DNA from: Parcubacteria group bacterium
Lineage (GTDB): Bacteria > Patescibacteriota > Minisyncoccia > Moranbacterales > UBA2206
Reading direction: 5' to 3'
Assembly: GCA_041661275.1 (NCBI GenBank)
Contig: JBAZUU010000002.1
Coordinates: 137,148 to 201,147, forward strand
DNA: 64,000 nt
Shown: positions 46,458-55,848 of the stretch, one piece after another
Numbering within the stretch: the first letter of the stretch is position 1
How the letters are laid out: each line of letters starts with the position of its first letter
Translations under genes and position numbers: made by a program
The notes under the pieces: model-generated
Databases searched by the model: none
What the model saw: the letters and a program-made list of their open reading frames with translations, nothing else
Told to the model about the DNA's origin: nothing

Positions 46458-47639
46458 ATGAAAACAATTGGCATTAATGCGTCGTTTATCAGAAAGCCTA
46501 ATACTGGTATTGGGCAGGTTACAATTAATTTTTTAAGGAAATTAATTGAGTTAAAAGTTCAAAGTGAAAAATTAAAAGTTATTTTGTACCTGGAAGAGGA
46601 TTTGCCTAAAAACTTTAAATTACCTGATAATTTTGAATGTCGAGTTTTTTTGCCGATATGGAAACGGGATGATCTTATTCGCAAAATTTGGTGGGAAAAA
46701 TGTTTGTTACCACGGCAAGTAAAAAAAGATAATTGTGATGTATTTTTCAGCGTTTACCAATGCCCGACAGCGATAGAAAACATCAAGCATATAATGTTGG
46801 TGCATGACATAATTCCAAAATTATTTCCCGAATATCTTAATAATTTTAGAAAAAAACATTATCAAAAATTGACGGAAAAAGCCATCAGATCAGCGGATAA
46901 GATTTTGGCCGTTTCTAGAAGAACAGAAAAGGATCTGATTCAGCATTTGGGGGTTGAGCCGGAAAAAATTACGGTAAACTACATTGATATTGATGAAATT
47001 TATAAAAATAAACCGGACGAAAAGAAAATTGCCAAGGTTTTGAAAAAATATTCCGCCTATGGCGGAAGATTAAAGCCGGGATATATTTTGGCTGGCGGGG
47101 GATTGGAAGTGCGGAAAAATGTGGAAGGAGTGATCCGGGCTTATGATTATTTATATAAACGAAACAAACAAGAACATTTTATTGGCGAAATGCCAAAATT
47201 GGTGGTTTATGGCAAGCTTTTGCCCCAACTGGCACCGCTTGTCACTGATGGGGAAAAATTGGCACGCGAATTAAATCTGACCAAGCAAATACGATTTCTT
47301 GATATGACGCCACAAGATGATATGCCGGCGATATTTTCTGAAAGTTTAATGTTCGTCTACCCGTCGCATTATGAAGGATTTGGCATGCCTCCGCTCGAAG
47401 CGATGAATATAGGCGTGCCTACGATAATTTCTAAATCATCTTCTCTCCCGGAAGTAGGCGGCGACGGTGCTTTATATTGCAAGGACGATGATATTCATGA
47501 TATAGCTATGGTGATGCGAAATGTGCTGCTCAATAAAAATTTACGTGAGACCTTGAAGGTACGCGCCAAAATGCAAGCCCAAAAATTTTCGTGGGATAAG
47601 TTTGTGGAGAAGTTTTTGAATATAATTGAAAATGTTTGA
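46458..47639 (+). CDS. GT4 glycosyltransferase
   Basis: PSHYEGFGMPPLEAMNIGVPTIIS..E motif. Confidence 0.85.
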   Translation: MKTIGINASFIRKPNTGIGQVTINFLRKLIELKVQSEKLKVILYLEEDLPKNFKLPDNFECRVFLPIWKRDDLIRKIWWEKCLLPRQVKKDNCDVFFSVYQCPTAIENIKHIMLVHDIIPKLFPEYLNNFRKKHYQKLTEKAIRSADKILAVSRRTEKDLIQHLGVEPEKITVNYIDIDEIYKNKPDEKKIAKVLKKYSAYGGRLKPGYILAGGGLEVRKNVEGVIRAYDYLYKRNKQEHFIGEMPKLVVYGKLLPQLAPLVTDGEKLARELNLTKQIRFLDMTPQDDMPAIFSESLMFVYPSHYEGFGMPPLEAMNIGVPTIISKSSSLPEVGGDGALYCKDDDIHDIAMVMRNVLLNKNLRETLKVRAKMQAQKFSWDKFVEKFLNIIENV

Positions 47640-49260
47640 ATTTTTAAACAAACCCAAAACCTATCTTCTTCTTGGCAATGTTTTACTTGTTTTCTTTTTG
47701 ATATTGCTAAATAACTTGAAAATTTTGCCGCTGGCATTTGGTGACTTTTTGTTTTTTGCATTTTTGGCATTGGCAGTTGCGCTATATCGTCCCGGCTGGT
47801 GTTTTTTGCTTTTTGTCGGAATGATACCGCTGGAAAACATCAATTTGGCGCCGGCAGAATTAGGAATTGCCATTCGTCCATATCAATTTATCGGCGCCAT
47901 CATAATTTTGGCGCTTCTGATTCGTCTGGCGACAAAAAGATTATCGTTTAAACTGATAAAGCCGGAATGGTACGATTGGCTGGTCTTGATTTTTGTGGCG
48001 TCAGGATTTTTGAGTATTATTGGCGCGCCGGATAAAATAGCAAGCTTTAAATTATCGATAATTATCGCTACTTTCGTGGCGCTATATTATTTAGTCAGAA
48101 ATTATATCCAAAACAGTGAAGACTTGAAAAGAGTGATCCCGTTTTTCGTTAGTTCATCAGTTATTGTGGTTTTTTATGGTATTTGGCAAAATTGGCGTTT
48201 TTTGCATAGCTTGTCTAATTTTGAAGCGATGCCGGGAAGGCCGAACGCGACATTCACGGAAGCGGATTGGTTGGGTATGTTTCTAGTGTTATTAATAAGT
48301 GCAATATTTATCCTCATCCGTCATTCTGAGCGGAATGAGGCCTTTGGCCGAATGCAGTCGAAGAATCTACCAAACAATATTACTAGTTATAATCAAGAGC
48401 AGATCCCTCGACTACGTTCGGATAAAATCCTCACTTCGCTCGGGATGACGGGTTACTATATTTTTCTTATTTTAACTTTTATCTTACTAGCTCTCACTGT
48501 CTCTCGCAGCGCATGGCTGGCGGCGCTTGTTGTTTATGTTGTATTTGTGACTGTATTTTTTACTGATTTACGCCTAAAAGATTGGAAATGGCGTGAAACG
48601 AGCTGGCTTAAATTTAAAATAATAGCGTCTTTAGCTGTTGCCATCGCCATTGTTTACATTTTTCATTTGACTAATTTCCAACTTTTTAACCGTGTGCAAA
48701 GCACCGGAACGGGGCAACAAAAAATTACTGTCAGCTGTGAGGAGAACAAGGAATTGCCGGAGTATATTGATGTAGTTGGTGAACTGGAAGAATTCAGTTG
48801 TCGGCATATCAACCTGGAAGAAATTGAAAGTGAAAAGGCGGTTGGTCATTTTGTAAAAGAAGTATTTCGAAAAGATCCAAATGTAAGCACTCGAAATGAA
48901 ATATATAAGAAATCGTGGGTGGAAATAAAAAAACATCCAATCCTGGGCATTGGATGGGGAAATATTAACCAAATTTTAGGCAAAGATGGTCGAGGAACAC
49001 CATTGAATTCTAGCAATATTTTCCTGGAAACTTGGCTCGGAGCGGGGATGTTCGGACTGTTGTCTCTAGTAATCTTGCTTGGGTATATTTTACTGAAATC
49101 CGTCAAAAATTATTATCAAGCTCAAAATGATGTACAAAAGGTCGTAAATCTGTTTATATTGATCAGCTGGCTTGGATTAGTCACGACAAACCTATTTAAC
49201 GCCGGAATATTTTTAGGAATACTTTGGGTGTGGCTGGCGATAGCTCAAATTAAGGAATAG
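47626..49260 (+). CDS. O-antigen ligase-like (Wzy_C) polytopic membrane protein, carrying an in-frame MITE insertion
   Basis: LTVSRSAWLAALVVYVV Wzy_C signature; ~12 TM helices. The hydrophilic insert ..HSERNEAFGRMQSKNLPNNITSYNQEQIPRLRSDKILTSLGMTG is encoded by the element at 48318-48451. Confidence 0.7.
   Translation: MKMFEFLNKPKTYLLLGNVLLVFFLILLNNLKILPLAFGDFLFFAFLALAVALYRPGWCFLLFVGMIPLENINLAPAELGIAIRPYQFIGAIIILALLIRLATKRLSFKLIKPEWYDWLVLIFVASGFLSIIGAPDKIASFKLSIIIATFVALYYLVRNYIQNSEDLKRVIPFFVSSSVIVVFYGIWQNWRFLHSLSNFEAMPGRPNATFTEADWLGMFLVLLISAIFILIRHSERNEAFGRMQSKNLPNNITSYNQEQIPRLRSDKILTSLGMTGYYIFLILTFILLALTVSRSAWLAALVVYVVFVTVFFTDLRLKDWKWRETSWLKFKIIASLAVAIAIVYIFHLTNFQLFNRVQSTGTGQQKITVSCEENKELPEYIDVVGELEEFSCRHINLEEIESEKAVGHFVKEVFRKDPNVSTRNEIYKKSWVEIKKHPILGIGWGNINQILGKDGRGTPLNSSNIFLETWLGAGMFGLLSLVILLGYILLKSVKNYYQAQNDVQKVVNLFILISWLGLVTTNLFNAGIFLGILWVWLAIAQIKE
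48318..48451. mobile_element. MITE family 1 copy (~134 nt, 23-nt hairpin-forming TIRs CCGTCATTCTGAGCGGAATGAGG / CCTCACTTCGCTCGGGATGACGG) inside the O-antigen ligase ORF
   Basis: TIRs and internal GCAGTCGA.G..ATCT / AGCAGATCC.TCGACT.CGTTCGGATAAA blocks are shared with the intergenic copy at 60261-60425. Confidence 0.65.
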
Positions 49261-49337
49261 AAAAAGCCCAGGTTGATACCTCGGGCTTGGTCGGCGAGCG
49301 TGAACGATGAAGTTTCATCGAATCATGCCGCCTTTCT

Positions 49338-49358
49338 GGAACGTTTCCGTTCCTTTTT
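49338..49358 (+). terminator. Weak candidate terminator after the O-antigen ligase gene
   Basis: GGAACG-TTTC-CGTTCC followed by TTTTT. Confidence 0.3.
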
Positions 49359-49554
49359 GGAAATAATTTTGTCAGAGTAGCAGGGCTTGGGATTGCCCCT
49401 GCAAACAAATGGAAAGCATTTTCCGTGAAAAAGAACAAAAAATAAGCAGTTCTGTCTCATCTCTTCGGTGATGGTTGGCGACATTAATCACTCCTTCCTT
49501 AGTGTTGCCGGGATTTTTACACACGAAAACCAATTATAACTCACATATCAATTT

Positions 49555-50691
49555 ATGTCAAATATCGGAATAGATATTCGTAATATCGGGAAATATAGAA
49601 CTGGTGATGAAGTGGTGTTTTTTAATTTGGTAAAGAATTTGGCTGTTATTGATGCGAATAATGATTACAAATTATTTACCGACATTGCAGATGCTGAAAC
49701 GCTCAAAAGTATCAAAAAAAGCTTGGAAATAGAAAATAAGAGCAATTTTGAAATTATTTCTCTCCCGGCTGCCAACAAATTCACTTGGAATTTTTGGACG
49801 CTTCCGCGATATCTTCAAAAAAATGAAGTAGACACATATTTGACGCAATATATCACGCCATTTTTTGTGCCAAAGCGCATCAAGATAATAACAATTATCC
49901 ACGATGTTTCTTTCAAGGTGTATAAACAATTCATCAAATTTAGCGATCTATTTTTTCTAAATATTCTGATCCCGAGAAGTTTAAAAAGAGCGGACAAGAT
50001 CATCGCTGTTTCGCAGTTTACCAGGGATGAGATTATAAAATTATATAAAATTGATGCAGATAAGGTAGAATGGATTCATAATGCTGTTGCTGGTGATTTT
50101 TTGAGTGCTGATTTGTCCGAAGAAAAATTGAAAAAAGTTCGAGAAAAATATAAATTGCCAGACAAGTATATTTTGTATCTCGGAACGCTTCAGCCGAGAA
50201 AAAATATCCCGATGCTAATCGAAGCTTTTTCTGTTTCCAAGGTTGAACCTTGGAAGTTGGTCATTGCTGGCGGAAAAAGCCATAATTTTGATCCAAAAAT
50301 CGACGAAATGGTGGAAAAATATAATTTGCAAGACAAAGTAGTTTTTCCAGGGTTTATTGATGAAGAAGACAAAGCGGCGGTTATGAAGGCAGCAAATATA
50401 TTTTGCTTTCCTTCATTTTATGAAGGCTTTGGCATTCCAATTTTGGAAGCGATGTCGGTTGGCACTCCGGTTATCGCGTCCAATATCGCGCCACACAAAG
50501 AAATAGCGGAATACGCAATATTATATTTTGATCCAGAAAGTTCGCAAGAGCTGGCCGATAGAATTAATTCACTGGTGGGTAATGACAATTTACGGCGAGA
50601 ACTGATCCAAAAAGGACTGGAACAGGTAAAAAAATTCTCCTGGGAAAAAACAGCCAGAAAGATGATAGGTATTTTTGAAGGGATGAAATAA
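49555..50691 (+). CDS. GT4 glycosyltransferase
   Basis: PSFYEGFGIPILEAMSVGTPVIAS..E motif. Confidence 0.85.
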   Translation: MSNIGIDIRNIGKYRTGDEVVFFNLVKNLAVIDANNDYKLFTDIADAETLKSIKKSLEIENKSNFEIISLPAANKFTWNFWTLPRYLQKNEVDTYLTQYITPFFVPKRIKIITIIHDVSFKVYKQFIKFSDLFFLNILIPRSLKRADKIIAVSQFTRDEIIKLYKIDADKVEWIHNAVAGDFLSADLSEEKLKKVREKYKLPDKYILYLGTLQPRKNIPMLIEAFSVSKVEPWKLVIAGGKSHNFDPKIDEMVEKYNLQDKVVFPGFIDEEDKAAVMKAANIFCFPSFYEGFGIPILEAMSVGTPVIASNIAPHKEIAEYAILYFDPESSQELADRINSLVGNDNLRRELIQKGLEQVKKFSWEKTARKMIGIFEGMK

Positions 50692-50696
50692 TCTTG

Positions 50697-50755
50697 CCCC
50701 GTAAGAAATCGGTATAATATTTTTGTCTGATTTCTGTACGGGGTTGCTTTTTATC
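50697..50755 (+). terminator. Terminator-like long hairpin (family 3 inverted repeat CCCCGTA.AGAAATC / GATTTCTGTACGGGG) plus T-run after the GT4 gene
   Basis: ~14-bp stem, 18-nt loop, then TTGCTTTTTATC. Confidence 0.5.
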
Positions 50756-50875
50756 AGCAATTAAGATAGTTTTTATATAGTTTTGTAAGGAGGCCGAGCG
50801 TAGGTTTCGAGTTTTTTGTATCTTGAAAACGAAATAAATCATTTTTTCCAAACATATTTCTATAGGGGGAGGAAA

Positions 50876-51178
50876 ATGAAAAGTGAATGCAAGAGATCTT
50901 TGTACTGGCATCAGGTTCCTGGATATACGGGAACTCTCAGTGAAAATCCTGAATCTGACGGCGTGAAGGGGAAATTAGTATTTGAGGAGGGGAAGAAATA
51001 CAAAATTATTGCTCTTCCCTATCGAGACACGAACACACTGGAGTATGTTTCCATTTATGCCGTCGGTGAAGATGGGAGTATGTACTGTGTTATGCACCAA
51101 GAATTGCACTATGGCGCAACTAAGTTGATATTGGGAAGTTTCGATTTTACTGCAATAAAAACAAAGAAACCGGAATGA
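50876..51178 (+). CDS. Hypothetical protein (ATG at 50876 preferred over the 50816 start in the track)
   Basis: GGGGGAGG RBS-like sequence 6 nt before the 50876 ATG; no family match. Confidence 0.45.
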   Translation: MKSECKRSLYWHQVPGYTGTLSENPESDGVKGKLVFEEGKKYKIIALPYRDTNTLEYVSIYAVGEDGSMYCVMHQELHYGATKLILGSFDFTAIKTKKPE

Positions 51179-51190
51179 AAGGAGAAAACT

Positions 51191-51715
51191 ATGACAGAGC
51201 TTCAGATTTTGGTTGGAATTATCATGGGGAGTTTTTCTGATAGAAGGCTCATGTACGGCGCCAAGGCTGTTCTGGAAAAATTTCTCATTCCGTACGACTA
51301 CCACATCTGTTCAGCCCACAGAACTCCCGATGACATTCCACCAATCATCAATGAGTGGAAAGGAAGGGGTTGTAAAGTACTTATTGTTGGAGCTGGTTGG
51401 GCTGCGCATCTAGCTGGTGCGGTTGCTGCTCAAACTATTTTGCCGGTCATTGGAGTGCCACTTTCTTCCTCTGTTCTTAAGGGTTTGGATTCGCTCTTAG
51501 CTACTGTTCAGATGCCACCTGGTATTCCAGTAGCAACAGTTGCTATTGATTGTTCGGAGAATGCGGCTCACTTGGCGATTCAAATGTTGGCGATCAGCAA
51601 CGATAAATTAGCAATGGAACTTCGGGCTCATCGCATAGCAACGATGGGTGAGGATGTCCGAGATAAAGACAGAAAGCTGCGGGCATCTGGTTGGCCCGAC
51701 GAAACAAAAAGTTAA
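51191..51715 (+). CDS. purE: N5-carboxyaminoimidazole ribonucleotide mutase / AIR carboxylase PurE
   Basis: GIIMGSFSD, SAHRTP and GAGWAAHLAG motifs; 174 aa. Confidence 0.85.
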   Translation: MTELQILVGIIMGSFSDRRLMYGAKAVLEKFLIPYDYHICSAHRTPDDIPPIINEWKGRGCKVLIVGAGWAAHLAGAVAAQTILPVIGVPLSSSVLKGLDSLLATVQMPPGIPVATVAIDCSENAAHLAIQMLAISNDKLAMELRAHRIATMGEDVRDKDRKLRASGWPDETKS

Positions 51716-51763
51716 TAATTGACATGAAAAAAGAAAGAAGAAAAGGAAATAAACATTTTCACC

Positions 51764-51809
51764 CCCGCCGGGCGTGCCAATTGTGGTGCCCGGCGGTTTT
51801 TTATTTTTA
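51764..51809 (+). terminator. Rho-independent terminator after purE
   Basis: CCGCCGGGC..GCCCGGCGG stem followed by TTTTTTATTTTT. Confidence 0.7.
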
Positions 51810-51850
51810 CGAAATACGAAATTAAGTACGAAATACGAAGGTACGAAAAT
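51808..51850. repeat. TACGAAA repeat element (TTTTACGAAATACGAAATTAAGTACGAAATACGAAGGTACGAAAATCG)
   Basis: Near-identical to the 45-nt in-frame insert in iscS at 63147-63192; weaker relative at 55807-55840. Confidence 0.6.
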
Positions 51851-51966
51851 CGTGTCAAAAATTTAACCCGAATCGTATAAAGTTATAGATTGACGAAAAG
51901 ACTGATTATATGTAAAATGATAATATTGCAAAAAGACTAAAAATCTTAATTATTTTTTATTTTTTT

Positions 51967-53187
51967 ATGACGTATTTCCGAAATAATAACTTGAGCAATA
52001 AAAATACAAGAGCAGGCAATTATCAGACACCAAAAGTGAAATTTTATAAAAAACGTTGGTTCAAGATTGTGGGAGTAATTCTCATCTTGCTGGTTATCGG
52101 TGGCGGTGCTTTTGCCTGGAAAACCGGAAGCGTGCTCACAAAAATTTCCAATGGCGGACTGCTTTCAAGCATCGCTCACAATATCCCCGGCGTGAAAGAC
52201 GAGCTAAAAGGAGAAAAAGACGGGCGGATAAATATATTAGTATTAGGAATGAGAGGCGCTGACCTTCCCGGGGGAGGACTTTTGGCGGATACCATTATGG
52301 TGGTGAGCGTAAAACCGGCTGAAAACAAAGCGTCTATTATTTCTATTCCCAGAGATTTGTATGTCACGGTTCCGGGAACGCAAGACAGGCAGAAGATCAA
52401 TGCTGTCCACGCTTATGGCGAAGAGAATGGAAAAGAGCAAGGACTGGAACAGATGAAAAAGGCCGTAACTGAAGTGACCGGACTGCCTATCCATTATGCC
52501 GCCAGCATTAATTTTACCGGATTTAAACAGTTGGTAGATGCCATCGGCGGAGTGGACGTGACTCTCGACAAACCTTTCGAAGAAACTATGCAGTTTAACG
52601 AAGCCAAGGTTTGCGATCCTAATGTTTTTACTGTTCCGACTGGAAAATATGAAACTAAAAAGGACACAACCAAAACAGGAAAGATAAAAATTGTAGCGCA
52701 ATACCCGCTTTGTACTAATCCTAAAACGGAGTGCGGAGGCGATTTCAAGTTGCCTGCCGGAAAAAATACACTAAATGGTGATCAGGCATTGTGTTTTGCA
52801 AGATCGAGAGTAACTTCCAGTGATTTTGAAAGAGCTAAGCGCCAACAACTGGTTATGCAACTAGTCAAAGATAAAATGTTGAGCATTGGAACACTGGCTG
52901 ACTTTTCCAAAGTGAACGGTGTTTTAGACTCTTTGGGTGACAATGTCCGCACAGATATGCAGCTTTGGGAAATGCAAAAACTGTACGATATCTATAAAAA
53001 AGTTCCCAATCCGGAAATTCATCAAAGGGTATTAGAAGACAGTGAAGAGGGATTGCTTTACGCGCCAACCGAAGGAGTGTCTGGATATATTCTTCTTCCG
53101 AGAGGCGACAACTATGACAAAATTCATGATATGGCACAGAATATTTTCACTATGCCAGAGCAAAAAGATATAAAGCCGAAGATATAA
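51967..53187 (+). CDS. LCP (LytR-CpsA-Psr) family cell-envelope glycopolymer ligase
   Basis: N-terminal TM helix; INILVLGMRGADLPGGGLLADTIMVVSV..ISIPRDLYV signature. Confidence 0.85.
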   Translation: MTYFRNNNLSNKNTRAGNYQTPKVKFYKKRWFKIVGVILILLVIGGGAFAWKTGSVLTKISNGGLLSSIAHNIPGVKDELKGEKDGRINILVLGMRGADLPGGGLLADTIMVVSVKPAENKASIISIPRDLYVTVPGTQDRQKINAVHAYGEENGKEQGLEQMKKAVTEVTGLPIHYAASINFTGFKQLVDAIGGVDVTLDKPFEETMQFNEAKVCDPNVFTVPTGKYETKKDTTKTGKIKIVAQYPLCTNPKTECGGDFKLPAGKNTLNGDQALCFARSRVTSSDFERAKRQQLVMQLVKDKMLSIGTLADFSKVNGVLDSLGDNVRTDMQLWEMQKLYDIYKKVPNPEIHQRVLEDSEEGLLYAPTEGVSGYILLPRGDNYDKIHDMAQNIFTMPEQKDIKPKI

Positions 53188-53199
53188 AACCTAAGTAAT

Positions 53200-54009
53200 A
53201 TGGAGTTATCCATCATTATTACCAGCTATAAAAATCCTGAACTTTTGAAGGTTTGTATTGATTCGATAAAAAAGAATATCACTCTGACCGATTATGAAAT
53301 GATTGAAATAGATTGCGAGTCGGAAGAGGCTACCCAACTAATGATGAGAGAGGATTATCCGGAAATAAAATTTTATGCGTTCAAAGAAAATGTTGGCTAT
53401 CAGGCTCTTTTAAAAAAAGGATTCGAGATGGCAGAGGGTAAATATATCCTGATTATGAATGGGGATGCGGTCGTCAAAAAAGGATCGATCGAAAAATTAT
53501 TGGAATATGTGAGAAGCAATAAACAAGTGGGTCTTGTCGGCCCACAACTCCTCGGATTTAACGAAGAATTGCAATATTCATGCTTCCGGTTTTATACGCC
53601 GATGACCATAGTTTATCGGCGGACATTTTTAGGAAGATTAAAGTTCGCCCAAAAGAAATTAGACCTGTTTCTAATGAAAGATTTTGACCATAAGAGCGAA
53701 AAAGAGGTAGACTGGTTGATGGGTTCGGCGCTGATGACTTCGCGCGAAGTTATTAAAAAGGTAGGACTGATGGATCCGCGGTTCAAGATGTATTTTGAAG
53801 ACGTGGACTGGTGCCGAAGATTTTGGGAAGCTGGATACAAAGTCATATATTATCCGAGTTCCCGGATGTACCATTACCACGGTAAAGGTTCGTCCGGAAA
53901 AAGCATAATAAAAACCTTAATATTCAACCGTTTAGCCTGGCTGCATATTATTAGCGCGGTCAAATATTTCCTTAAATACTGGGGCAAACCGTTGCCTCAA
54001 CATAATTAA
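53200..54009 (+). CDS. GT2 glycosyltransferase
   Basis: SIIITSYKNPELL..MNGDAV..DVDWCRR family-2 blocks. Confidence 0.85.
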   Translation: MELSIIITSYKNPELLKVCIDSIKKNITLTDYEMIEIDCESEEATQLMMREDYPEIKFYAFKENVGYQALLKKGFEMAEGKYILIMNGDAVVKKGSIEKLLEYVRSNKQVGLVGPQLLGFNEELQYSCFRFYTPMTIVYRRTFLGRLKFAQKKLDLFLMKDFDHKSEKEVDWLMGSALMTSREVIKKVGLMDPRFKMYFEDVDWCRRFWEAGYKVIYYPSSRMYHYHGKGSSGKSIIKTLIFNRLAWLHIISAVKYFLKYWGKPLPQHN

Positions 54010-55286
54010 TGATGGAACTGAATAAAATATTAGAGGAATCCGCCAATCTGGAAAAAAACAGAAAGCTTTTCAAGAAGTACGTCACTTTTTTTGTGGTTAT
54101 TTTTCTTGTCGCTGGCAGTTATTTTTTGGGCGTGAACCAAGGGAAAAAGCAAACAACTGAACAGAAAGTCATTCCACTAAGCCAGTCGTTGATTGAGAAT
54201 AAATTGCCAAGCTCGGATGAAAAAGTTGATTTTTCTCTTTTCTGGAAAGTATGGGATTTGGTCAAGGACAAACATATCGATAAGGACAAACTGGACGCGC
54301 AAAAAATGGTATACGGCGCGATAAATGGATTTTTGAAAGCCACCGGTGATCCATATTCCACTTTTTTTGATCCCACTGAATCAAAATCATTTACCGAAGA
54401 GATTGGAGGATCTTTTGAAGGGATCGGCGCGGAATTGGGCGTGAAAGATGATGTTTTGACCGTCATTGCTCCTCTTGACAGTTCGCCGGCGCAAAAAGCC
54501 GGATTGCGCGCAGGTGACAAGATTTTAAAGATTGACGGAAAAATCACCACCGATTTTAATGTTTATCAAGCCGTAGATCTTATTCGCGGGAAAAAAGGCA
54601 CTACGGTAACATTGACCATTCTTCATCAGGGCGAACAAGAAACCAGGGATGTGGTGGTAACGCGAGATACGATTGAGGTAAAAAGCGTCAAAATGGAATT
54701 TAAGGACGACAAGATTGCTTATATAAAAATTACCAAATTTGGTGATAATACGGGAAAGGAATTTAGTGATGCACTGAGTAAGATTACGTCCCAAAATACC
54801 AAGGGAGTTATTATTGATCTTCGCAATAATCCGGGCGGGCTTCTGGACAAGGCGGTGGAAATTGCCAGCAAGATGATCCCCAATGGAAAAGTGGTGGTGA
54901 CAGAAGAGGATAGCGCTGGAAATAAAGAAAGCCTGAAGACAGCTGGCGGAGACAGATTGAGCTCTATTCCAACAGTGATTCTTATTAACGAAGGAAGCGC
55001 CAGCGCCTCGGAAATTCTGGCCGGGGCTCTTCGAGATGACCAGGGGCTGACGCTTATTGGCAAAAAAACTTTTGGGAAAGGGTGTGTCCAACAGCTTATT
55101 GATCTTCCGGGCGGGTCAAGCGTAAAAATTACCATTGCCAAATGGCTGACGCCAAACGGTGATTATATAATGGAAAGGGGAATCAATCCTGATATTGAAG
55201 TGGATTTGAGCCTTGATGATTTCAATAATAATCGTGATCCGCAACTGGATAAGGCGATAGAAGTGATAAAGGAGAAAATTAAGTAG
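54009..55286 (+). CDS. ctpA: S41 C-terminal processing protease (Ctp/Prc-like) with PDZ domain
   Basis: PDZ GLRAGDKILKIDG; IDLRNNPGG; INEGSASASEILAGAL. Confidence 0.85.
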   Translation: MMELNKILEESANLEKNRKLFKKYVTFFVVIFLVAGSYFLGVNQGKKQTTEQKVIPLSQSLIENKLPSSDEKVDFSLFWKVWDLVKDKHIDKDKLDAQKMVYGAINGFLKATGDPYSTFFDPTESKSFTEEIGGSFEGIGAELGVKDDVLTVIAPLDSSPAQKAGLRAGDKILKIDGKITTDFNVYQAVDLIRGKKGTTVTLTILHQGEQETRDVVVTRDTIEVKSVKMEFKDDKIAYIKITKFGDNTGKEFSDALSKITSQNTKGVIIDLRNNPGGLLDKAVEIASKMIPNGKVVVTEEDSAGNKESLKTAGGDRLSSIPTVILINEGSASASEILAGALRDDQGLTLIGKKTFGKGCVQQLIDLPGGSSVKITIAKWLTPNGDYIMERGINPDIEVDLSLDDFNNNRDPQLDKAIEVIKEKIK

Positions 55287-55298
55287 CTTAGGAAACTT

Positions 55299-55739
55299 AT
55301 GAAGGTTATTTTTCTTCAGGATGTGAAAAGTGTTGCTCGAAAAGGCGACATCAAAGACGTGGCCGAGGGCTATGCCCGAAATTTTTTGTTTCCCAAAAAG
55401 ATGGCTGAAATGGCGACTGACGAGGCGATAAAAAATGTCACCGCTCAAAAAGAAAAAGAAAGAGTTGAGGAAGCAAAAAATACTGAAAAAATGAGGCAAT
55501 TGGCGGGCGTTTTGAGAGATATGGAAATTGTGCTAAAATCAAAAGAGAAGAATGGAAAACTTTTTGGTTCGATTTCTAAAAAAGACATTGCCGAAAACTT
55601 GAAAAGAGAAGGATCCGAAATTACGGAAGAAAAAATAATTCTAGAAAATCCTATCAAAAAAATAGGAGAATACAAAATAGAAATAAAATTAACATCCGAC
55701 ATAGTATCGTATATTAAGTTGAAGGTTGAGGGAGTGTAG
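55299..55739 (+). CDS. rplI: 50S ribosomal protein L9
   Basis: [28 protein letters not shown]. Confidence 0.9.
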   Translation: MKVIFLQDVKSVARKGDIKDVAEGYARNFLFPKKMAEMATDEAIKNVTAQKEKERVEEAKNTEKMRQLAGVLRDMEIVLKSKEKNGKLFGSISKKDIAENLKREGSEITEEKIILENPIKKIGEYKIEIKLTSDIVSYIKLKVEGV

Positions 55740-55848
55740 CTGATCTTATAAATATTTATTTTTTCTAAAGTCGCAGGGGAAGGCGGCTTTTTATCTATAA
55801 AAGTATGCGAACGCGCGCTACGAACGCGCACATACGAATATTAAAAAT

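Noticed and set aside
49250-49438. 62-aa minus-strand ORF in the 294-nt spacer after the O-antigen ligase gene
   Set aside because: No RBS or family match. The region contains hairpins better explained as terminator/REP-like structure. Insufficient support.
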